Positions 23,543 to 37,794 of a DNA stretch of 64,000 nt are shown piece by piece. The number at the start of each line of letters is the position of its first letter. Positions within the stretch are counted from its first letter, which is position 1. Position numbers and translations under genes: made by a program. Source of the DNA: an uncultured delta proteobacterium (lineage in GTDB: Bacteria; Desulfobacterota; Binatia; UBA9968); the NCBI GenBank assembly GCA_963745035.1, contig CAVUVW010000017.1, forward strand, positions 64,001 to 128,000, in the 5' to 3' direction. Under the pieces are notes generated by a model. The model worked only from the letters and a program-made list of their open reading frames with translations, ran no database searches and was not told the origin of the DNA.

Positions 23543-24059
23543 CTATCGAGAGCGCCGGCCTCCCGTGCCGGTCAGTTTGCCGCGTTGCTTGTACATCTGC
23601 ACGCACATATCGTAGATCGCCGCGCCCGCTCGATCATCGACGACCAAGTCGCCGTCGCGCGTTATATACTCGACGACAAACAAGGTGTCTTTCGCCTTGC
23701 TGTTGATTATTGGTAAGGCGGACAAAGCGCGCCTCATTCCTGTCCAAATAGGCGCCGATGGTGCGAAAAATCTGCGCTTGATTGATAAACTCCTGGCCTC
23801 GCACGATCTCACCCCGGCGGTTTTCACCGCTGCGGTCCAATTCCTCGATGTCTTCGAAAGTGTATTCGATCGACACGGGCGTGGGCGATGGCGGCGCCTG
23901 ATAGCCACCGTCGACTAGGAAAGTTCTTTTCTGAGCGCGAATATCGAACGACTTCAATCCTCTTCGCTCGAGATCCTGCCCGATGCACCGCAACGCGGTT
24001 GCATAGCTCACCTGGAGCATTTTGGAGAATTCGGCGAATGGAGGTTTTTGACGGCGCAT
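23543..24059 (-). CDS. Hypothetical protein with internal two-fold repeat (frameshift near 23700)
   Basis: Protein-like sequence continues across two frames; ALRCIGQDLE and IFRTIGAYLD repeat. Confidence 0.6.
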
Positions 24060-24203
24060 TTGCGTAATTTGTAACGTAAATGGTACGGGCAGTAGCCCAA
24101 AAAATCAACTTAAAAAATGGGCTACGAGGCGAGCGAAGTCCGCTTCATGAGCGTCACGCATCGCGCGCCGGGCGGGGAAGATTTTTGCAGGAGTTCTTTG
24201 GCT

Positions 24204-24830
24204 TTATTCGGGAAGCGCTGGCAGCGGATCCATGACGCCGATCATGCTGTCGCGGGTGACGAGCTTGGCCAAATCCGCCTCGCTCCATCCTTCAGTCCCC
24301 TTCGGCCGCAGCGGCAAGACGATGTACCGGATATCGGCGGTGCTGTCGTGAACCCGCACTTCCACGTCGTCCGGTAGATCCAGCCCGAACTCGCTCATGA
24401 CGCCGCGCGGATCGATCACCGAGCGCTGGCGGTAGTTGAAGCTTTTGTACCAGTCAGGCGGCCTGCCCAAGATCGGCCGGGGATAACAGGAGCAGAGCGT
24501 GCAGACCACCATGTGGCGCACCCGTTCGGTATTTTCCAGAACGACAAATTCATTGAGTGCCGTGGCATCAATGCCGATTTCGGCGCAGGCCGCTTTCGGA
24601 TCGGCGATGAAGCGCGCCTTGAAAGCCGGATCGACCCAGGCGCGGGCGACCAGCTTGGCGCCGTTGGCCGGCGAGCGCGCCTCCTGATACTCGATCTGGC
24701 ATTGGATATCTTTCTCCGAGATCACGCCTTTCTCGACCAGCAGATCGCGAATGGCATAGATCCGTCGAGCATAATGGCTTAGCTCATGTTTCGGATGATC
24801 GTGGCCGTGCTCATCGCCTGCGCTGCTCAC
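24204..24830 (-). CDS. Co-type nitrile hydratase alpha / thiocyanate hydrolase gamma (ScnC-like) subunit
   Basis: VCTLCSCYP metal-binding motif, GAKLVARAWVDP, VRVHDS, TRDSMIGV. Confidence 0.92.
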   Translation of the reverse strand: MSSAGDEHGHDHPKHELSHYARRIYAIRDLLVEKGVISEKDIQCQIEYQEARSPANGAKLVARAWVDPAFKARFIADPKAACAEIGIDATALNEFVVLENTERVRHMVVCTLCSCYPRPILGRPPDWYKSFNYRQRSVIDPRGVMSEFGLDLPDDVEVRVHDSTADIRYIVLPLRPKGTEGWSEADLAKLVTRDSMIGVMDPLPALPE

Positions 24831-25137
24831 CTGCGGCTCCCCCTGCCTATTGCGACTGGATCCAGCCAGTGCTCATAGATATCGACCAGGAGTTTGTCGG
24901 ACTTGCTGGCCCTATCCCATAGATCACTCTGGTTGAAGGCAACCAGATAGAGGACTTTTTTTGGCAGGCCGTCCTACCAAACGCCAGCGACTCAGGATTG
25001 AGAAACTCCCCGTAGACACGCTCGATCCAGCCGGTCTTGCCGCGCACATACCAAGGCGTTCGCAGGTGGCCGGGTCGATCTTCGAACCGCACTTTGACCG
25101 GATCGCCAGGTTTGAACCTACCGACGGAAGCGTTCAT
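24827..25137 (-). CDS. NHase beta C-terminal SH3-like subunit (ScnA-like), one indel near 24960
   Basis: RFKPGDPV, GHLRTPWYVRGKTG, LLVDIYEHWL; stop overlaps the GTG of the next gene. Confidence 0.85.
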
Positions 25138-25445
25138 GGCTCGCCCCACTTAGAATCGAACTCCGCGAGCTTGCGATCGATCTCTTCCCTCGTGAGAATA
25201 TTTTTCTCGATTAGAATCGCTTCCATGCTGGCGATCCATCGCTCGTAATAATTCATGTCGCGATAGGCGGCGGAATCCATCTCCTCACGGGCGCGGCGCA
25301 TCTCGTCCGTGCGCTTGACTCCCCTGGCTCCCAGCGCCTGATTGACCGCATCGGCAAGAATCTCCCAGTCGGAAAGCTCGTGCTGACTTTGATCGATCGG
25401 TCCCGCGCCCGGAAGACCGCCGATATCATGATGTCCACGCGGCAT
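25134..25445 (-). CDS. NHase beta N-terminal subunit (ScnB-like)
   Basis: HDIGGLP, WE, DEMRR, YYERW motifs; ATGA overlap with the next gene. Confidence 0.85.
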   Translation of the reverse strand: MPRGHHDIGGLPGAGPIDQSQHELSDWEILADAVNQALGARGVKRTDEMRRAREEMDSAAYRDMNYYERWIASMEAILIEKNILTREEIDRKLAEFDSKWGEP

Positions 25446-25458
25446 AGTATCTCCCTGT

Positions 25459-27235
25459 TTAGCCTTTGAGACGATTAGCCAGCGCGCTGTGCTCTTCTCG
25501 TAGGCCCGCCGGCAAATGGTCGCCGAAGGTGTCGAAGAAATCGCTCTGGCTCTTCAGATTATTTTTCCAGCCCTCGCGGTCGACCCTGACGAGCTGATCG
25601 ACATCCGCTTTGGATACGTCGAGCCCTTCGCCGGTCAAGCTCGCGGGCTCGGGCACGTAGCCGATCGGCGTCTCATCGGCCTGGCCGCCGCCCTTCGACC
25701 GCTCGATGACCCAGCGCAGCACGCGTAGATTCTCGCCGAAGCCCGGCCAGAGAAACCGCCCGCGCTCGCTGCGCTGGAACCAATTGATGCGAAAAATTTT
25801 TGGCGGATTCGCCACTTGCTTCCCCATGGACAGCCAGTGGCTCCAGTAATCGCCCATGTTGTAGCCGCAGAACGGCAGCATCGCCATCGGATCGCGCCGC
25901 ACCACGCCCACTCGCGCCGGTCGCCGCGGCGGTGGTCTCGGACGCCAACGTCGCGCCCAGAAAACGTGCCGTGCTGCCAGTTGAACGATTGATAGACGAG
26001 CGGCACCAGCTTTTGCGCGACGCGCGCCGAAAAGGATGGCGCTGATAGGCACCCCTTCGGGCTTTTCCCATTCCGGTGAATAGGTCGGACTCTGCTTGAT
26101 CGAGACCGTGAAGCGCGCATTGGGATGGGCCGCCGGAGTGTCCGCCTTCCGGATCCCAAGGCTTGCCGCGCCAATCTTGCGCGTTGTCGGGCACCGGGTC
26201 GTCGTGGCCTTCCCACCAGACCGTGCCGTCATCGCGCAGCGCCACGTTGGTGAAGATCGTGTCCCTTTTCACCGTTTGCACGCCGTTCGGGTTGGTGTTC
26301 GAGCCGGTTCCCGGCGCCACGCCGAAGAAACCCGCTTCCGGATTGATCGCCCAGAGACGGCCATCGGCGCCGACGCGCAGCCACGAGATATCGTCGCCCA
26401 CGGTGTGAATCTTCCAACCCTTCATGCTCGGCGGCGGCACCAGCATCGCCATGTTGGTTTTGCCGCAGGCGCTCGGAAACGCGCCGCAGATATACGTGAT
26501 CTCGCCGTCCGGGCTTTCCACGCCGACGATCAGCATATGTTCGGCGAGCCAGCCTTCCTGTTGGCCGAGCTTGCTGGCGATGCGCAGCGCGAGACATTTT
26601 TTTGCCAGCAGTGCATTGCCGCCATAGCCCGAGCCGACGCTCCAGATCGTGTTGTCTTGCGGATAATGACAGATAAATCGCCGCTCGATGTCGAGGTCGG
26701 CTTTGGAATGAAGGCAGCGGGTGAAGTCGTCGGAATCGCCGAGGTGATCCAGCGCGATCTTGCCCATGCGCGTCATGATGCGCATGTTGAGCACGACGTA
26801 GACGCTGTCCGTAACCTGCACGCCGACCTTGCTGAAGCGCGAGCCCGCGGGTCCCATGAGAAAGGGAATCACGTAGAGCGTGCGCCCGCGCATCGAGCCG
26901 GCGTAGATTTTCGCAAGCTTGTCGTAGGACTCGGCGGGCGCCATCCAATTATTGTTGGGGCCCGCTTCCTCCTGCGACTCGGTACAAACGAAAGTAAGAT
27001 TCTCGGTGCGCGCCACGTCGTTGAGCGCGCTGCGATGCAGATAACAACCGGGCAGCTCCTTTTGATTGAGCGGAATGAGATCGCCGCACTGGACCGCGAT
27101 CTGGGTCAAACGCGCTTTTTCATCCTCCGAGCCGTCGCACCAAAACACCTCGTCGGGCTGGCAAAGGGCGTCCATTTCCTTCACCCATTTTTGAATATGC
27201 GAATTTGCCGGAATCGTGCCTGTCGATTGGCTCAT
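25459..27235 (-). CDS. pckG: Phosphoenolpyruvate carboxykinase (GTP), C-terminal frameshifts
   Basis: DVARTE, GSGYGGN, WLAEHM, AFPSACGKTN, VGDDI, INPEAGFFGVAPG, RRDPMAMLPFCGY, WPGFGEN. Confidence 0.93.
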
Positions 27236-27320
27236 GAATTCAACAATACCTTTCTGCATAGCATGAAACCCTGTCGAGCATTAACAACGCACCAGGCGCT
27301 CAATAGTCCGGTTTCATTAT

Positions 27321-28255
27321 CTAATGCAATGACCGCGAAGTCAATCCAGCGTTCTGGAATACCCGGTAGAGCCGCCAGCGCCCGCCGGGCGCTTCCTCCG
27401 TCCACTTGGCGAGCGCGGCGAGTTCACCCCGCGGATCGAGAATGCTTACCATGCTTTCGCAGGTCGCGCGGCTTGCCGATTTGCGCCAGTAACTCCTGCT
27501 GGCCAAGACGCAACCGCGACAGTACGCGACTTTGCCAGGTGACCGCGGGCAAATGACGACAGCGCGGCGCGCAGCGACAGCAGCGGCGCCGCCCCGACCG
27601 CGCAGCGGCGCTCGAGCTCTTCGAGGCTGAGCGCGTCTTCAATCGACAGATGATCGCAGGCCGTCCGGCGCAGCGTTTTCAGGTGCGCGCCGCAGCCGAG
27701 TTCTTGCCCCATATCCGCCGCCAGAGTGCGGACGTAAGTGCCGCGCGAACAGGTCGTCTGAAATTCAAGCTCTTGAGCGCTCGAGCGGCGCCAGTGGAGC
27801 GCATTGATCCTGATCCGGCGCGGCTCGCGCGGGACTTCCTTCCCCTGGCGCGCCAGGCGATACAGGCGAACGCCGTCTTTCTTCAGCGCCGAGAACATCG
27901 GCGGCACCTGCGCCAGCTCACCGGTAAACTTGCGCTCTAACTCGCGCAATTGCGCCGCGCCCAACGGCGGCACCGGCCGTTCCCTGATGACTTTCCCGGT
28001 CGCGTCCTGCGTGTCGGTATCGACCCCCAGCGCAATCACGCCGCGATAACTTTTTACCCCGCCGAGAAAAATATCGGCGATCTTGGTGCCTTCGTTAACG
28101 CCGATCAACAGCAGGCCCGATGCGAAAGGATCGAGGGTGCCGAGATGGCCGACCTTTTTCGCGCCCAGGAGACTCTTGACCCGGTGCACGACCTGGGCCG
28201 ACGACGGCCCTTCGGGCTTGTCGATGAGGAGAATGCCGCTTCGCGTCATGGCCAT
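27321..28255 (-). CDS. truB: tRNA pseudouridine(55) synthase TruB (C-terminal indels)
   Basis: KVGHLGTLDP, QVPPMFSALK, CSRGTYVRTLA motifs; operon position. Confidence 0.93.
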
Positions 28256-28273
28256 GGAATTTTGCGGGGCGAT

Positions 28274-28658
28274 TCAGGAGATGAAATCGGAAAGAAAACC
28301 CTCGATCTTGCGCTTTAGTTCCTTGACTTTGTCGAGCAGCGCGTCGATCCGCCGGGCTTCCTCTTCGCTGTCGTCGTAGAGAAATTCGATCGCCGGCACG
28401 AACCGAAGATCGAGCTTCTTGCCGAGCTCGCGCGCGAATAAATCCGCCGGCGCTTTTGAGCCCGGCCAACGCCTCTTGCCGATCTCCACTGCCACCCAAG
28501 AAACTAAAGAACACCTTGGCGTGCCGGAGATCCTTGCTCACTTTGACGCCGGTCAGATTGAGCCACTGCAAGCGCGGATCATGGATCTCGCGGCGCAAGA
28601 GCTCCGCGATCACTTCAAGCAATCGGTCGCCGACGCGATCTGAGCGTTGATAGTCCAT
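28274..28658 (-). CDS. rbfA: 30S ribosome-binding factor RbfA (frameshift)
   Basis: RSDRV, DPRL, VSKDLRHAKVF, LRFVPAIEFLYD. Confidence 0.9.
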
Positions 28659-28700
28659 TGAATGAAGCGATCAAAACCGCGCCTTTTGCCGGCGGCGCGC

Positions 28701-28990
28701 TCAACAGTGGAAGCACTCGACTTCCGCGGCGCCGAGCTTCGCCAAGCCGAGGTTGTCGACAAAATCGACGATGCGTGCGCAGCGTCGCTTCCACCACCGT
28801 CTGACTGGTTCCCGCGGCGGCAAATCCCAGCACCGCGCTCTGCCAAAGCTCCTGATCGCCGCACTCGGTGACCGAGACGTTGAATTCGATTGCCGACCCG
28901 CGCCTGGATGCTCTTCACCACTCCGCGTTTACCCTTGAGGGAGTGGTTTTCAGGAATCGCCAACTTGAGCTTGAGGATCCCCACAACCAT
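28701..28990 (-). CDS. DUF503 / YlxP family protein (frameshifts)
   Basis: MVVGILKLKLAIPENHSLKGKRGVV; conserved position between infB and rbfA. Confidence 0.8.
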
Positions 28991-29019
28991 GGGAGACGGC
29001 GTAGAAAACCGCCAGCGTG

Positions 29020-31750
29020 CTAGACGCCGCTCACGCGCGGAGCTTCGCGTCCGGGCTGAGGCGGAGTAATGCGGCGGATCACGGGAATGCGCTCGTACGC
29101 TTCGATCACGTCGCCTTGCTTGATGTCCTGAAATCCTTCCAAAGAAAGGCCGCATTCATAGCCGGCGGCGACCTCGCGCACGTCGTCTTTGAAGCGCTTG
29201 AGGCTCGCGAGCTTGCCTTCGAAGACCACCACCTGGTCGCGCAGCAGACGCACCAGATTGCCGCGCGCGATCTTTCCTTCGTTGACGTAGCAGCCCGCGA
29301 TCGTGCCGACGCCGGCGATGTTGAAGGTCTGGCGAACTTCCACACGGGCCTGAGATCTGCTCGCGGAAAGTCGGCTCCAGCATGCCTTCCATCGCGGCGC
29401 GGACATCCGCCACGGCTTCGTAGATGATCGTGTAAAGACGCACATCGACGCCTTCTCGCGCCGCCAGCGCCGCGCCTTTGGATTCCGGCCGCACGTTGAA
29501 GCCGATAACGATCGCGTTGGACGCGGTCGCCAGCAAAATATCGCTTTCGGTGATCCCGCCTACCGAGCCGTGGATCACCTTGAGCTTGACTTCGTCCGTG
29601 GACATGCGGCTGAGCGCTTCGGTCAGCGCTTCGACCGAGCCTTGCACGTCGGCTTTGAGCACGACCCGAAGCTCTTTCACGTCGCCCGTTTTGATCTGAT
29701 CGTAGAGCTCTTCCAAGGAGACTTTGCTCGATTTCACCAGCTCCGCTTCTCGTTGCTTGCTCCGGCGGTACTCCGCAACCTGACGCGCCTTGGATTCATC
29801 GGCGACGGCGACAAAAGAATCGCCCGCCTGCGGCACGCCTTGAAGGCCGAGAATCTCCACCGGAAAGGCGGGCGGCGCGGCTTCGACTTTGCCGCCGCGA
29901 TCATCGATCATCGCGCGCACTTTGCCGTAATACACACCGCAGACGAAGGCGTCGCCGACGCGCAGCGTGCCTTCCTGCACCAGCACGGTCGCCACCGGCC
30001 CCCGGCCGCGATCCAATTTCGCTTCGACGATGGTGCCGCGGGCGAGCTTTTCCGGATTGGCCGTGAGCTCCAAAATATCGGACTGCAAAAGCAGCATTTC
30101 CAACAGGTGCGGAATGCCTTCGTGGGTCTTGGCCGATACCGGCGCGAATACTGCGTCACCGCCCCAATCTTCTGCGACCAGACCGTATTGCGAAAGTCCT
30201 CTTTTTACCTTTTCCATATCGGCGTCGGGCCGGTCGATCTTATTGATCGCGACGATGATCGGCACCTCAGCGGCACGGGCGTGATTAATCGCTTCGACGG
30301 TCTGCGGCATGACGCCGTCATCGGCGGCCACCACCAGCACGACGATATCGGTCACCTTGGCGCCGCGCGCGCGCATCGCCGTGAACGCCTCGTGCCCCGG
30401 CGTATCCAAAAACGTCACGCTGCGGCCGTCGACTTGCACATGATACGCGCCGATGTGCTGGGTAATGCCGCCGTGCTCCTGGGCGGTCACGTTGGTGCTG
30501 CGGATCGCGTCGAGCAGCGAAGTCTTGCCGTGGTCGACATGGCCCATGATCGTCACCACCGGCGGGCGCGGCGCCAGCGAGGTCTCCTGGTCTTCGATCT
30601 GGTGCTCGAGCTCGAGGGCGCTGTCGACGTCGAAAGCGACGTTTTCCACCTGATGATCGAACTCCGACGCGATCAAAGTCGCGGTATCGACATCGAGCAC
30701 CTGATTGATCGTCGCCATCATCCCCATGCCCATCAATTTTTTGATGACCTCACCGGCTTTGACGCCCATTTCCCGCGACAGATCGCCGACGGTAATGACC
30801 TCGGATATCCTGACGACCCGCTTGCTCGCCTTGGGAATCGTGATCTCGGTTCTGCGCAGCTCTTTGCCCGGGAGCGCTCGTTTTTTGCGCAGAATGCGGC
30901 CGCCGCCGCGTAGCTCTTTTTCCCGCGTCTCGAGCACGTCCTGCTTCTTGACGACTCGCTTCTTATGGCGCCCGGCCTTCGGCTTGTCGTCGGTGGGGGC
31001 AGCCGGCGCGCCGTCGGCGGCGCGCTGGCCCTCGCCCGCGCGAGTGCCAGGTCCGGCGGGCGCGCCCACGGGTTTGCGCAGCATCGGCGTCGGCGCCGGC
31101 TCCAAGCGCATGGTTTGCTTTAAGTCGATGCGGCCAAGAATGCGCGCTCCGCGCGGCGCCTCAGGCGCCGCCGGCGCGGGCGGCGCTTTTGCCGATGCCG
31201 GCGTTTGCGGCTCCGCGGGCACGGGCGCCGTAGATGAAGCCGGTTCGGCTGTGCCAGTCTCGAATGACGCCTCTGACTGCGATGCTTCCGCCGCCTCGTC
31301 CCACTCGCTCGGCGCTTCAATCTCCGGCACGATCTCCGAAGAAATGTCCTCAGCGGGCAACGCGGCGGATTGTACCTGCGGTGGCTCCGGCGCCGCCGCT
31401 TCGCTGGTCATACCAGGCATTTCGACCGGCGCAACTTCGGTGCGATTGACGCGGCGGCGAATGACGTTGGTGCGCACGCGCCGCTCGATCACGGTTTCGC
31501 GCGCTTCGGCGCCCCCGTCGCCCTCGTCCTCGCTTTTGACGACGCGGTCCGCGACGATTTTTTCCTCGCCGACGTGAATTTGCGGCTTTTCCTGCGCTGC
31601 CAGAGCCGCGCGCACGCGCACCACCTCGTCGTCCTCCAGCGCGCTCTGGGCCTTTCGCCCGCGCAGCCCCAACCGATCGAGCTGGACGATGAGATCTTTG
31701 GTTTCGATCCCCAGTTCTTTGGCTAAAAGGTGGACTCTCGTCTTACCCAT
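29020..31750 (-). CDS. infB: Translation initiation factor IF-2 (frameshift near 29350)
   Basis: [37 protein letters not shown]; C-terminal [15 protein letters not shown] in the adjacent frame. Confidence 0.97.
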
Positions 31751-31756
31751 CTGCGC

Positions 31757-32023
31757 TTACTCCCGATCCCGATTTTCGAGTTCTTTGATTAAGTTTTCCT
31801 TCATGGCCCGAGTGACTTCTACGTGAAACGCCCGGTATTGCGATTTTCGTCCGACAAACAACCGGCGGCATTCGGAACTCCGATGCAGATAACCGCCTCG
31901 CCCCCGCATCCCGTCCACTGCCAATCGGCCCTGATCGACGGCCAAGCGGATCAAGCGCGCTTGATCATCGCGGCCGCCGCAACCCATGCAGGTTCGCTGC
32001 GGCCGGTGTCCTCTGCAAGCCAT
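31757..32023 (-). CDS. YlxR/RnpM (DUF448) protein
   Basis: PQRTCMGC, LIRL, GRGGYL motifs; between nusA and infB. Confidence 0.85.
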   Translation of the reverse strand: MACRGHRPQRTCMGCGGRDDQARLIRLAVDQGRLAVDGMRGRGGYLHRSSECRRLFVGRKSQYRAFHVEVTRAMKENLIKELENRDRE

Positions 32024-32027
32024 GCCC

Positions 32028-33350
<1,323 letters not shown>

Positions 33351-33370
<20 letters not shown>

Positions 33371-33839
33371 ATTCCGCGCTCCAGTCGTGCTCGTAATTCG
33401 ATTTTTCGATCACCGCGAACGGAATCTCGAAACGGGTCCCGTCTTGATTCACCGCAATCTTGTCCGGCGAAACATCCAGCAGCGGCCCCAAAAACGATCG
33501 CCGGCCCTGGATCAGCTCCCGCGTGCGCACGCGCACTCGCTTGCCGACAAACGGCTTGAAATGCTCCGGCAACTTGAGCGGCCGGTTGATGCCCGGCGAG
33601 GAGACTTCAAGGGTATAGGCCCCCTCCACCACATCATGCACGTCGAGGAGCGCGCTGAGCTCGCGGCTCACTTGGCTGAGCTCGTCCATGTTGGGCCCGC
33701 CGTCTTTGTCGAGGTAGAGCCGCAATACCCGGCCGCCCCGGCTGCCTTCGTGCCTGAGCTCGATGTCGATGATTTCCAATCCTAGCGTTTCCGCCAAAGG
33801 CGCGGCGAGTTCCCAAATGCGGGCGGTGGTCGCGTCCAT
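33351..33839 (-). CDS. rimP: Ribosome maturation factor RimP
   Basis: LRLYLDK, YTLEVSSPGINRPL; first gene of the nusA-infB operon. Confidence 0.93.
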
Positions 33840-33855
33840 GCTTACGCCCCTAGAA

Positions 33856-33884
33856 ACAAAAAAAGCGGGCATAGCCCACTTTGA
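33856..33884 (-). ncRNA. rimP leader hairpin/terminator
   Basis: Minus strand AAAGTGGGC-TAT-GCCCGCTTT followed by a U-run immediately upstream of rimP. Confidence 0.7.
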
Positions 33885-34013
33885 GTGCTAACTCCTAAAG
33901 TGTAAGAAAATTGATACCATAGAGAAGATCGCCAATGCAAGGCCCGGGGCCGCTCGCGCCGTTGAACGGCTTTCGGTATTTGCTATCATTCGGCTTTCTC
34001 ACCGGCGCCGATC

Positions 34014-35121
34014 ATGAAAAGTACCGTTCAAGCCAAACGCGGCTCGCCGCCGCAAATCTCCTGGGAACAGATCCTCGCCAACCTCGACGACGGCGTGATC
34101 GCGCTCGACGCGGGCGGCAAAGTGATTTTTTTCAACGAAGCTTCGGAGATCCTCACCGACATTTCGTCGGCCGCCGCGCTCGGACAAACGCTGGAAAAAA
34201 TTTTCAAGCGCGAGCCTTGGCTGGTCGAGCTGATCAAGCCGAACTCATGCGCCGCGCCACAGGCGCGCCAGCGCCGAGGGGGATTTTATCAGCCGCTGGG
34301 GGAAAAAAATTCCCGTCGGTGCCACGGTCTCGCCGCTGCAGGATCGCCACGGCCATTTCGTCGGCACCGTCTTGCTGCTGCGCGATATCAAACGCCGCAA
34401 AGAACTGGAAGAAGATTTAAAGCGCGCTGATCGGCTGGCGCTCATGGGCACCCTCGCCGCCGGTTTGGCGCACGAAGTGCGCAACCCGCTCGGCGGCATC
34501 AAAGGCGCCGCCCAGCTACTACGCCGTTCGGTCGATGGTGATGTTTCGGTGCGCGAGTTCACCGACATCATGATTCGCGAGGTCGATCGGGTAAATCAGC
34601 TGATCGAGCAATTGCTCGACCTTTCCCGCCCGGCCGATCTCGAACTCACGCCCGTCAATATTCATGAGATCTTCGACGACGTATTGCTTTTGGAATCCCA
34701 GGCCGTCGGCGACAAAGAGCTTCAGGTGAAAAAGCGGTTCGACCCAAGCTTGCCGCCCATTCGCGGCGATCGGGCCCGCCTCACCCAGGTTTTTTTGAAT
34801 CTGGTGAAAAACGCCTTTCAGGCGATGGAGCGGGGCGCCCTGGTCGTGACCACTCGGCTTGAGACCGATTACCACGTCCGCGGGCACGGCACCTCGCGCA
34901 ATCGCTTCATCTGGGTCGATCTCGCCGACGAGGGCGCGGGCATCCGCGAAGCGGATCTGCCGCACATTTTCTCGCCGTTCTTTACCACCAAGAACAACGG
35001 CACCGGGCTCGGTCTGGCGACCTGCTATCGCATCATCAAAGAGCACGGCGGGACCATTCGGGTCGAAAGCACGGAGGGCGAAGGAAGCACTTTTCGCGTG
35101 TCCTTGGTGGTGGCGGACTGA
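34014..35121 (+). CDS. PAS-domain histidine kinase, NtrB-like (frameshift near 34250-34310)
   Basis: PAS (FFNEASE), AHEVRNPL H-box, NLVKNA, DEGAG, FFTTK, GTGLGL. Confidence 0.88.
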
Positions 35122-35123
35122 CG

Positions 35124-36570
<1,447 letters not shown>

Positions 36571-36576
36571 ACGTAT

Positions 36577-37206
36577 ATGCCGCTCGAAGTCGCGCCGCTC
36601 TACGCTATTCTCGACCCGGAACAAACCGCCGGCCGCAATCCAGGCCAAGTGCTCGGCGAACTGTTGGAGGGCGGCGTCCAGTGGCTGCAGCTCCGCGTCA
36701 AGTCGCTCGCGCCGGTGGAATTTTTTGAGCTCGCGCGCCGCGCCCGCTCGGAGACCCGCGCCCACGGCTGCGCCCTTATCATCAACGATCGGGTCGATAT
36801 CGCGCTAGCCTGCGACGCCGACGGCGTCCATCTCGGCCAGGACGACTTGCCGCTCGCCGCCGGCAGAAAACTCATGGGCGGGAAGATCGTCGGCATCTCG
36901 ACCCATGATCTGGAGCAGGCGCGCGCGGCGGAACGAGACGGCGCCGACTACATCGGCTTCGGCCCGATGTTCGGCACGTTCACGAAGAATACCGGTTACG
37001 ACGCCCGCGGCGTGGAAATGCTCCGGCAAATTCGCGCCGGCGTAGATCTGCCGATCGTCGCCATCGGCGGCATCAACGAGCAGAACGTCGAGCGGGTTTG
37101 GCAGGCAGGCGCAAACTCCGCCGCGATCATCAGCGACATCCTGCGCGCCGAGAACATCGCCGCCAAGGTTGCGCGAATTTTACGGCGGGCCAGCGCGCAG
37201 CAGTGA
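36577..37206 (+). CDS. thiE: Thiamine-phosphate synthase
   Basis: QLRVK, INDRVD, GVHLGQDD, GISTH, VAIGGI. Confidence 0.93.
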   Translation: MPLEVAPLYAILDPEQTAGRNPGQVLGELLEGGVQWLQLRVKSLAPVEFFELARRARSETRAHGCALIINDRVDIALACDADGVHLGQDDLPLAAGRKLMGGKIVGISTHDLEQARAAERDGADYIGFGPMFGTFTKNTGYDARGVEMLRQIRAGVDLPIVAIGGINEQNVERVWQAGANSAAIISDILRAENIAAKVARILRRASAQQ

Positions 37207-37224
37207 ATCTTCAACGGGATCACC

Positions 37225-37704
37225 ATGAATGTATGCGGTTTTGCCCATGCACCGGAAGAGCGCTATTTTGAAGACTACATCCCCGGAGCGGTGCATGAAT
37301 TCGGCGCCATCGCGGTCGATGAAGAAGAAGTCATCGAATTCGGCCGGCGTTTCGTGCCGCTCTCCTACCACGTCGACAAAGAAGCGGCAAAAAGCAGCAT
37401 CTACGGCGGCGTGATCGCGAGCGGCTGGCACACCGCGGCGTTGATGATGCGGATCTATACCGAAAACTACCTTTCCAGAGTCGCCAATCTGGGCTCGCCG
37501 GGCGGCGACGAGCTGCGCTGGGACAAGCCGGTTTTTCCCGGCGATGAATTGTCCGTGCGCGCCACCGTCCTGGAGACCCGCCGCTCCGCATCCCGCCCCG
37601 ATCGCGGCATCATCCGAACTTTTATTGAAGTGCTGAATCAGAAGCGCGAAGTGGTGATGAGCATGAAAATGGTCAACTTTGTGCGCTGTCGTGAGCTTCG
37701 TTAA
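37225..37704 (+). CDS. MaoC-family dehydratase
   Basis: RYFED, IASGWHT, LRWDKPVFPGD hot-dog motifs. Confidence 0.85.
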   Translation: MNVCGFAHAPEERYFEDYIPGAVHEFGAIAVDEEEVIEFGRRFVPLSYHVDKEAAKSSIYGGVIASGWHTAALMMRIYTENYLSRVANLGSPGGDELRWDKPVFPGDELSVRATVLETRRSASRPDRGIIRTFIEVLNQKREVVMSMKMVNFVRCRELR

Positions 37705-37794
37705 CCGCGGCTGCTAGTCAGGAACACAATCGGTATCTTCGGCAATTCGTCTTTCGATTCGGCAGAGTCAAAGAACGGTTGGAATGGTTGTTCG

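Noticed and set aside
29320-29370. Programmed frameshifting in infB (and nusA, cca)
   Set aside because: No slippery heptamer plus stimulator seen; ubiquitous indels are the simpler explanation
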